Shown here: piece by piece, positions 50,930 through 61,100 of the stretch
How positions within the stretch are numbered: the stretch's first letter is position 1
How the letters are laid out: the number at the start of each line of letters is the position of its first letter
DNA from: Tubulanus polymorphus
Lineage: Eukaryota; Animalia; Nemertea
NCBI RefSeq assembly: GCF_964204645.1
Contig: NC_134036.1
Location: 6,905,681-6,969,680, forward strand
Direction: 5' to 3'
DNA length: 64,000 nt
The notes under the pieces: model-generated
What the model was told of the DNA's origin: nothing
The model's input: the letters and a program-made list of their open reading frames with translations, nothing else
Databases searched by the model: none
Program-made: the position numbers and the translations under genes

Positions 50930-53900
50930 GTTGTTCGAAAAACGACTAAGTGCTGACCGGGCCTTGATCAGCGTTACGACCCGGCGCAGTGAGGAAGGGA
51001 GGGAGGGAGGCTGTAGGTCGGTCGTCCATCCGTTCGTCAGTGTGCCGGCGGTGGTAGTTCGAAAAACGACTAAGTGCTGACCGGGCCTTGATCAGCGTTA
51101 CGACCCGGAGCAGTGAGGGAGGGAGGGAGGCAGTAGGTCGGTCGTCCATCCGTTCGTCAGTGTGCCGGCGGTGGTTGTTCGAAAAACGACTAAGTGCTGA
51201 CCGGGCCATGATCAGCGTTACGACCCGGTGCAGTGAGGGAGGGATGGAGGCACTAGGACAGTCGTCCGCCCGTTAGTCAGTGTGTCGGCGGTTGTTGTTC
51301 GAAAAACGACTAAGTGCTGACCGGGCCATGAACAGCGTTACGACCCGGCACCGGTCAGGAAGGGAGGGAGGGTGGCAGTAGGTCGGTCGTCCGTTCGTTC
51401 GTCAGTGTGCCGGCGGTGGTTGTTCGAATAACGACTAAGTGCTGACCGGGCCTTGATCAGCGTTACGACCCGGCACCGGTCAGGGAGGGAGGGAGGGAGG
51501 CAGTAGGTCGGTCGTCCGTCCGTTCGTCATTGTGCCGGCGGTGGTAGTTCGAAAAACGACTAAGTGATTAGTTACGACCCGGTGCAGTGAGGGAGGGAGG
51601 GAGGCAGTAGGTCGGTCGTCCATCCGTTCGTCAGTGTGCCGGCGGTGGTAGTTCGAAAAACGACTAAGTGCTGACCGGGCCTTGATCAGCGTTACGACCC
51701 GGTGCAGTGAGGGAGGGAGGGAGGGAGGCAGTAGGTCGGTCGTCCATCCGTTCGTCAGTGTGCCGGCGGTGGTAGTTCGAAAAACGACTAAGTGCTGACC
51801 GGGCCTAGATCAGCGTTACGACTCGGTGCAGTGAGGGAGGGAGAGCGGCAGTAGGTCGGTCGTCCGTCCGGTCGTCAGTGTGCCGGCGGTGGTTGTTCGA
51901 AAAACGACTAAGTGCTGACCGGGCCTTGATCAGCGTTACGACCCGGAGCAGTGAGGGAGGGAGGGAGGCAGTAGGTCGGTCGTCCGTCCGTTCGCCAGTG
52001 TGCCGCTGGTTGTTGTTCGAAAAACGACTAAGTGCTGACCGGGCCTTGATCAGCGTTACGATCATAGTGCAGTGAGGGAGGGAGGGAGGCACTAGGACAG
52101 TCATCCGCCCGTTAGTCAGTGTGTCGGCGGTGGTAGTTCGAAAAACGACTAAGTGCTGACCGGGCCTTGATCAGCGTTACGACCCGGTGCAGTGAGGGAG
52201 GGAGGGAGGGAGGCAGTAGGTCGGTCGTCCATCCGTTCGTCAGTGTGCCGGCGGTGGTAGTTCGAAAAACGACTAAGTGCTGACCGGGCCTAGATCAGCG
52301 TTACGACTCGGTGCAGTGAGGGAGGGAGAGCGGCAGTAGGTCGGTCGTCCGTCCGGTCGTCAGTGTGCCGGCGGTGGTTGTTCGAAAAACGACTAAGTGC
52401 TGACCGGGCCTTGATCAGCGTTACGACCCGGAGCAGTGAGGGAGGGAGGGAGGCAGTAGGTCGGTCGTCCGTCCGTTCGCCAGTGTGCCGCTGGTTGTTG
52501 TTCGAAAAACGACTAAGTGCTGACCGGGCCTTGATCAGCGTTACGACCCGGTGCAGTGAGGGAGGGAGGGAGGCACTAGGACAGTCATCCGCCCGTTAGT
52601 CAGTGTGTCGGCGGTTGTTGTTCGAAAAACGACTAAGTGCTGACCGGGCCATGAACAGCGTTACGACCCGGCACCGGTCAGGAAGGGAGGGAGGGTGGCA
52701 GTAGGTCGGTCGTCCGTTCGTTGGTCAGTGTGCCGGCGGTGGTAGTTCGAAAAACGACTAAGTGCTGACCGGGCCTTGATCAGCGTTACGACCCGGAGCA
52801 GTGTGGGAGGGAGGGGGACAGTAGGTCGGTCGTCCGTCCGTTCGTCAGTGTGCCGGCAGAGTTGGTTGTTCGAAAAACGACTAAGTGCTGACCGGGCCTT
52901 GATCAGCGTTACGACCCGGTGCTGTGAGGGAGGGAGGGAGGCAGTAGGTCGGTCGTCCATCCGTTCGTCAGTGTGCCGGCGGTGGTTGTTCGAAAAACGA
53001 CTAAGTGCTGACCGGGCCTTGATCAGCGTTACGACCCGGCGCAGTGAGGAAGGGAGGGAGGGAGGCTGTAGGTCGGTCGTCCATCCGTTCGTCAGTGTGC
53101 CGGCGGTGGTAGTTCGAAAAACGACTAAGTGCTGACCGGGCCTTGATCAGCGTTACGACCCGGAGCAGTGAGGGAGGGAGGGAGGCAGTAGGTCGGTCGT
53201 CCATCCGTTCGTCAGTGTGCCGGCGGTGGTTGTTCGAAAAACGACTAAGTGCTGACCGGGCCATGATCAGCGTTACGACCCGGTGCAGTGAGGGAGGGAT
53301 GGAGGCACTAGGACAGTCGTCCGCCCGTTAGTCAGTGTGTCGGCGGTTGTTGTTCGAAAAACGACTAAGTGCTGACCGGGCCATGAACAGCGTTACGACC
53401 CGGCACCGGTCAGGAAGGGAGGGAGGGTGGCAGTAGGTCGGTCGTCCGTTCGTTCGTCAGTGTGCCGGCGGTGGTTGTTCGAATAACGACTAAGTGCTGA
53501 CCGGGCCTTGATCAGCGTTACGACCCGGCACCGGTCAGGGAGGGAGGGAGGGAGGCAGTAGGTCGGTCGTCCGTCCGTTCGTCATTGTGCCGGCGGTGGT
53601 AGTTCGAAAAACGACTAAGTGATTAGTTACGACCCGGTGCAGTGAGGGAGGGAGGGAGGCAGTAGGTCGGTCGTCCATCCGTTCGTCAGTGTGCCGGCGG
53701 TGGTAGTTCGAAAAACGACTAAGTGCTGACCGGGCCTTGATCAGCGTTACGACCCGGTGCAGTGAGGGAGGGAGGGAGGGAGGCAGTAGGTCGGTCGTCC
53801 ATCCGTTCGTCAGTGTGCCGGCGGTGGTAGTTCGAAAAACGACTAAGTGCTGACCGGGCCTAGATCAGCGTTACGACTCGGTGCAGTGAGGGAGGGAGAG

Positions 53901-55100
53901 CGGCAGTAGGTCGGTCGTCCGTCCGGTCGTCAGTGTGCCGGCGGTGGTTGTTCGAAAAACGACTAAGTGCTGACCGGGCCTTGATCAGCGTTACGACCCG
54001 GAGCAGTGAGGGAGGGAGGGAGGCAGTAGGTCGGTCGTCCGTCCGTTCGCCAGTGTGCCGCTGGTTGTTGTTCGAAAAACGACTAAGTGCTGACCGGGCC
54101 TTGATCAGCGTTACGACCCGGTGCAGTGAGGGAGGGAGGGAGGCACTAGGACAGTCATCCGCCCGTTAGTCAGTGTGTCGGCGGTGGTAGTTCGAAAAAC
54201 GACTAAGTGCTGACCGGGCCTTGATCAGCGTTACGACCCGGTGCAGTGAGGGAGGGAGGGAGGGAGGCAGTAGGTCGGTCGTCCATCCGTTCGTCAGTGT
54301 GCCGGCGGTGGTAGTTCGAAAAACGACTAAGTGCTGACCGGGCCTAGATCAGCGTTACGACTCGGTGCAGTGAGGGAGGGAGAGCGGCAGTAGGTCGGTC
54401 GTCCGTCCGGTCGTCAGTGTGCCGGCGGTGGTTGTTCGAAAAACGACTAAGTGCTGACCGGGCCTTGATCAGCGTTACGACCCGGAGCAGTGAGGGAGGG
54501 AGGGAGGCAGTAGGTCGGTCGTCCGTCCGTTCGCCAGTGTGCCGCTGGTTGTTGTTCGAAAAACGACTAAGTGCTGACCGGGCCTTGATCAGCGTTACGA
54601 CCCGGTGCAGTGAGGGAGGGAGGGAGGCACTAGGACAGTCATCCGCCCGTTAGTCAGTGTGTCGGCGGTTGTTGTTCGAAAAACGACTAAGTGCTGACCG
54701 GGCCATGAACAGCGTTACGACCCGGCACCGGTCAGGAAGGGAGGGAGGGTGGCAGTAGGTCGGTCGTCCGTTCGTTGGTCAGTGTGCCGGCGGTGGTAGT
54801 TCGAAAAACGACTAAGTGCTGACCGGGCCTTGATCAGCGTTACGACCCGGAGCAGTGTGGGAGGGAGGGGGACAGTAGGTCGGTCGTCCGTCCGTTCGTC
54901 AGTGTGCCGGCAGAGTTGGTTGTTCGAAAAACGACTAAGTGCTGACCGGGCCTTGATCAGCGTTACGACCCGGTGCTGTGAGGGAGGGAGGGAGGCAGTA
55001 GGTCGGTCGTCCATCCGTTCGTCAGTGTGCCGGCGGTGGTTGTTCGAAAAACGACTAAGTGCTGACCGGGCCTTGATCAGCGTTACGACCCGGCGCAGTG
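50930..55100 (+). repeat. Tandem duplication of a 2055-bp (~17-monomer) block, each copy containing a nested ~484-bp 4-mer duplication
   Basis: ORF offsets 50946/53001, 51088/53143 and 51878/53933 = 2055; 52363/54417 and 52776/54830 = 2054; nested 51878/52363 = 485 and 53933/54417 = 484. Both copies carry the TAAGTGATTAGTTACG deletion monomer (51561/53616). Confidence 0.88.
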
Positions 55101-58100
55101 AGGAAGGGAGGGAGGGAGGCAGTAGGTCGGTCGTCCATCCGTTCGTCAGTGTGCCGGCGGTGGTTGTTCGAAAAACGACTAAGTGCTGACCGGGCCTTGA
55201 TCAGCGTTACGACCCGGTGCAGTGAGGGAGGGAGGGAGGCACTAGGACAGTTGTCCGCCCGTTAGTCAGTGTGTCGGCGGTTGTTGTTCAGAAAACGACT
55301 AAGTGCTGACCGGGCCATGAACAGCGTTACGACCCGGCACCGGTCAGGAAGGGAGGGAGGGTGGCAGTAGGTCGGTCGTCCGTCCGTTCGTCAGTGTGCC
55401 GGCGGTGGTTGTTCGAAAAACGACTAAGTGCTGACCGGGCCTAGATCAGCGTTACGACTCGGTGCAGTGAGGGAGGGAGAGCGGCAGTAGGTCGGTCGTC
55501 CGTCCGGTCGTCAGTGTGCCGGCGGTGGTTGTTCGAAAAACGACTAAGTGCTGACCGGGCCTTGATCAGCGTTACGACCCGGAGCAGTGAGGGATGGAGG
55601 GAGGCAGTAGGTCGGTCGTCCGTCCGTTCGCCAGTGTGCCGCTGGTTGTTGTTCGAAAAACGACTAAGTGCTGACCGGGCCTTGATCAGCGTTACGACCC
55701 GGTGCAGTGAGGGAGGGAGGGAGGCACTAGGACAGTCATCCGCCCGTTAGTCAGTGTGTCGGCGGTTGTTGTTCGAAAAACGACTAAGTGCTGACCGGGC
55801 CATGAACAGCGTTACGACCCGGCACCGGTCAGGAAGGGAGGGAGGGTGGCAGTAGGTCGGTCGTCCGTTCGTTGGTCAGTGTGCCGGCGGTGGTAGTTCG
55901 AAAAACGACTAAGTGCTGACCGGGCCTTGATCAGCGTTACGACCCGGAGCAGTGTGGGAGGGAGGGGGACAGTAGGTCGGTCGTCCGTCCGTTCGTCAGT
56001 GTGCCGGCAGAGTTGGTTGTTCGAAAAACGACTAAGTGCTGACCGGGCCTTGATCAGCGTTACGACCCGGTGCTGTGAGGGAGGGAGGGAGGCAGTAGGT
56101 CGGTCGTCCATCCGTTCGTCAGTGTGCCGGCGGTGGTTGTTCGAAAAACGACTAAGTGCTGACCGGGCCTTGATCAGCGTTACGACCCGGCGCAGTGAGG
56201 AAGGGAGGGAGGGAGGCAGTAGGTCGGTCGTCCATCCGTTCGTCAGTGTGCCGGCGGTGGTTGTTCGAAAAACGACTAAGTGCTGACCGGGCCTTGATCA
56301 GCGTTACGACCCGGTGCAGTGAGGGAGGGAGGGAGGCACTAGGACAGTTGTCCGCCCGTTAGTCAGTGTGTCGGCGGTTGTTGTTCAGAAAACGACTAAG
56401 TGCTGACCGGGCCATGAACAGCGTTACGACCCGGCACCGGTCAGGAAGGGAGGGAGGGTGGCAGTAGGTCGGTCGTCCGTCCGTTCGTCAGTGTGCCGGC
56501 GGTGGTTGTTCGAAAAACGACTAAGTGCTGACCGGGCCTTAATCAGCGTTACGACCCGGCACCGGTCAGGAAGGGAGGGAGGGTGGCAGTAGGTCGGTCG
56601 TCCGTTCGTTGGTCAGTGTGCCGGCGGTGGTAGTTCGAAAAACGACTAAGTGCTGACCGGGCCTTGATCAGCGTTACGACCCGGAGCAGTGTGGGAGGGA
56701 GGGGGACAGTAGGTCGGTCGTCCGTCCGTTCGTCAGTGTGCCGGCGGTGGTTGTTCGAAAAACGACTAAGTGCTGACCGGGCCTTGATCAGCGTTACGAC
56801 CCGGTGCAGTGAGGGAGGGAGGGAGGGAGGCAGTAGGTCGGTCGTCCATCCGTTCGTCAGTGTGCCGGCGGTGGTAGTTCGAAAAACGACTAAGTGCTGA
56901 CCGGGCCTAGATCAGCGTTACGACTCGGTGCAGTGAGGGAGGGAGAGCGGCAGTAGGTCGGTCGTCCGTCCGGTCGTCAGTGTGCCGGCGGTGGTTGTTC
57001 GAAAAACGACTAAGTGCTGACCGGGCCTTGATCAGCGTTACGACCCGGAGCAGTGAGGGATGGAGGGAGGCAGTAGGTCGGTCGTCCGTCCGTTCGCCAG
57101 TGTGCCGCTGGTTGTTGTTCGAAAAACGACTAAGTGCTGACCGGGCCTTGATCAGCGTTACGACCCGGTGCAGTGAGGGAGGGAGGGAGGCACTAGGACA
57201 GTCATCCGCCGGTAGTCAGTGTGTCGGCGGTTGTTGTTCGAAAAACGACTAAGTGCTGACCGGGCCATGAACAGCGTTACGACCCGGCACCGGTCAGGAA
57301 GGGAGGGAGGGTGGCAGTAGGTCGGTCGTCCGTTCGTTGGTCAGTGTGCCGGCGGTGGTAGTTCGAAAAACGACTAAGTGCTGACCGGGCCTTGATCAGC
57401 GTTACGACCCGGAGCAGTGTGGGAGGGAGGGGGACAGTAGGTCGGTCGTCCGTCCGTTCGTCAGTGTGCCGGCAGAGTTGGTTGTTCGAAAAACGACTAA
57501 GTGCTGACCGGGCCTTGATCAGCGTTACGACCCGGTGCTGTGAGGGAGGGAGGGAGGCAGTAGGTCGGTCGTCCATCCGTTCGTCAGTGTGCCGGCGGTG
57601 GTTGTTCGAAAAACGACTAAGTGCTGACCGGGCCTTGATCAGCGTTACGACCCGGCGCAGTGAGGAAGGGAGGGAGGGAGGCAGTAGGTCGGTCGTCCAT
57701 CCGTTCGTCAGTGTGCCGGCGGTGGTTGTTCGAAAAACGACTAAGTGCTGACCGGGCCTTGATCAGCGTTACGACCCGGTGCAGTGAGGGAGGGAGGGAG
57801 GCACTAGGACAGTTGTCCGCCCGTTAGTCAGTGTGTCGGCGGTTGTTGTTCAGAAAACGACTAAGTGCTGACCGGGCCATGAACAGCGTTACGACCCGGC
57901 ACCGGTCAGGAAGGGAGGGAGGGTGGCAGTAGGTCGGTCGTCCGTCCGTTCGTCAGTGTGCCGGCGGTGGTTGTTCGAAAAACGACTAAGTGCTGACCGG
58001 GCCTTAATCAGCGTTACGACCCGGCACCGGTCAGGAAGGGAGGGAGGGTGGCAGTAGGTCGGTCGTCCGTTCGTTGGTCAGTGTGCCGGCGGTGGTAGTT

Positions 58101-61100
58101 CGAAAAACGACTAAGTGCTGACCGGGCCTTGATCAGCGTTACGACCCGGAGCAGTGTGGGAGGGAGGGGGACAGTAGGTCGGTCGTCCGTCCGTTCGTCA
58201 GTGTGCCGGCGGTGGTTGTTCGAAAAACGACTAAGTGCTGACCGGGCCATGATCAGCGTTACGACCCGGTGTAATGAGGGAGGGATGGAGGCACTAGGAC
58301 AGTCGTCCGCCCGTTAGTCAGTGTGTCGGCGGTTGTTGTTCGAAAAACGACTAAGTGCTGACCGGGCCATGAACAGCGTTACGACCCGGCACCGGTCAGG
58401 AAGGGAGGGAGGGTGGCAGTAGGTCGGTCGTCCGTTCGTTCGTCAGTGTGCCGGCGGTGGTTGTTCGAATAACGACTAAGTGCTGACCGGGCCTTGATCA
58501 GCGTTACGACCCGGCACCGGTCAGGGAGGGAGGGAGGGAGGCAGTAGGTCGGTCGTCCGTCCGTTCGTCATTGTGCCGGCGGTGGTAGTTCGAAAAACGA
58601 CTAAGTGCTGACCGGGCCTTGATCAGCGTTACGACCCGGTGCAGTGAAGGAGGGAGGGAGGCAGTAGGTCGGTCGTCCATCCGTTCGTCAGTGTGCCGGC
58701 GGTGGTAGTTCGAAAAACGACTAAGTGCTGACCGGGCCTTGATCAGCGTTACGACCCGGTGCAGTGAGGGAGGGAGGGAGGGAGGCAGTAGGTCGGTCGT
58801 CCATCCGTTCGTCAGTGTGCCGGCGGTGGTAGTTCGAAAAACGACTAAGTGCTGACCGGGCCTAGATCAGCGTTACGACTCGGTGCAGTGAGGGAGGGAG
58901 AGAGGCAGTAGGTCGGTCGTCCGTCCGGTCGTCAGTGTGCCGGCGGTGGTTGTTCGAAAAACGACTAAGTGCTGACCGGGCCTTGATCAGCGTTACGACC
59001 CGGTGCAGTGAGGGAGGGAGGGAGGCAGTAGGTCGGTCGTCCGTCCGTTCGTCAGTGTGCCGGCAGAGTTGGTTGTTCGAAAAACGACTAAGTGCTGACC
59101 GGGCCTTGATCAGCGTTACGACCCGGTGCAGTGAGGGAGGGAGGGAGGCAGTAGGTCGGTCGTCCGTCCGTTCGCCAGTGTGCCGCTGGTGGTTGTTCGA
59201 AAAACGACTAAGTGCTGACCGGGCCTTGATCAGCGTTACGACCCGGAGCAGTGAGGGAGGGAGGGAGGCAGTAGGTCGGTCGTCCATCCGTTCGTCAGTG
59301 TGCCGGCGGTGGTTGTTCGAAAAACGACTAAGTGCTGACCGGGCCTTGATCAGCGTTACGACCCGGTGCAGTAAGGGAGGGAGGGAGGCACTAGGACAGT
59401 CGTCCGCCCGTTAGTCAGTGTGTCGGCGGTTGTTGTTCGAAAAACGACTAAGTGCTGACCGGGCCATGAACAGCGTTACGACCCGGCACCGGTCAGGAAG
59501 GGAGGGAGGATGGCAGTAGGTCGGTCGTCCGTCCGTTTGTCAGTGTGCCGGCAGTGATGGTTGTTCGAAAAATGACTAAGGGCTGACCGGGCCTTGATCA
59601 GCGTTACGACCCGGCGCTGGTCAAGGGCGGGAGGGAGGGAGGCAGTAGGTCGGTCGTCCATCCGTTCGTCAGTGTGCCGGCGGTGGTAGTTCGAAAAACG
59701 ACTAAGTGCTGACCGGGCCTAGATCAGCGTTACGACTCGGTGCAGTGAGGGAGGGAGAGAGGCAGTAGGTCGGTCGTCCGTCCGGTCGTCAGTGTGCCGG
59801 CGGTGGTTGTTCGAAAAACGACTAAGTGCTGACCGGGCCTTGATCAGCGTTACGACCCGGTGCAGTGAGGGAGGGAGGGAGGCAGTAGGTCGGTCGTCCA
59901 TCCGTTCGTCTGTGTGCCGGCGGTGGTAGTTCGAAAAACGACTAAGTGCTGACCGGGCCTTGATCAGCATTACGACCCGGTGCAGTGAGGGAGGGAGGGA
60001 GGGAGGCAGTAGGTCGGTCGTCCATCCGTTCGTCAGTGTGCCGGCGGTGGTAGTTCAAAAAACGACTAAGTGCTGACCGGGCCTTGATCAGCGTTACGAC
60101 GCGGTGCAGTGAGGGAGGGAGGGAGGCAGTAGGTCGGTCGTCCGTCCGTTCGCCAGTGTGCCGGCGGTGGTTGTTCGAAAAACGACTAAGTGCTGACCGG
60201 GCCTTGATCAGCGTTACGACCCGGAGCAGTGAGGGAGGGAGGGAGGCAGTAAGTCGGCCGTCCGTCCGTTCGCCAGTGTGCCGGCGGTGGTTGTTCGATA
60301 AACGACTAAGTGCTGACCGGGCCTTGATCAGCGTTACGACCCGGTGCAGTGAGGGAGGGAGGGAGGCAGTAGGTCGGTCGTCCGTCCGTTCGTCAGTGTG
60401 CCGGCAGAGTTGGTTGTTCGAAAAACGACTAAGTGCTGACCGGGCCTTGATCAGCGTTACGACCCGGTGCAGTGAGGGAGGGAGGGAGGGAGGCAGTAGG
60501 TCGGTCGTCCATCCGTTCGTCAGTGTGCCGGCGGTGGTAGTTAAAAAAAAAGAACAAGTGCTGACCGGGCCTTGATCAGCGTTACGACCCGGTGCAGTGA
60601 GGGAGGGAGGGAGGGAGGCAGTAGGTCGGTCGTCCATCCGTTCGTCAGTGTGCCGGCGGTGGTAGTTCAAAAAACGACTAAGTGCTGACCGGGCCTTGAT
60701 CAGCGTTACGACCCGGTGCAGTGAGGGAGGGAGGGAGGCAGTAGGTCGGTCGTCCGTCCGTTCGCCAGTGTGCCGCTGGTGGTTGTTCGAAAAACGACTA
60801 AGTGCTGACCGGGCCTTGATCAGCGTTACGACCCGGAGCAGTGAGGGAGGGAGGGAGGCAGTAGGTCGGTCGTCCGTCCGTTCGCCAGTTTACCGCTGGT
60901 GGTTGTTCGAAAAACGACTAAGTGCTGACCGGGCCTTGATCAGCGTTACGACCCGGTGCAGTGAGGGAGGGAGGGAGGCACTAGGACAGTCGTCCGCCCG
61001 TTAGTCAGTGTGTCGGCGGTTGTTGTTCGAAAAACGACTAAGTGCTGACCGGGCCATGAACAGCGTTACGACCCGGCACCGGTCAGGAAGGGAGGGAGGG

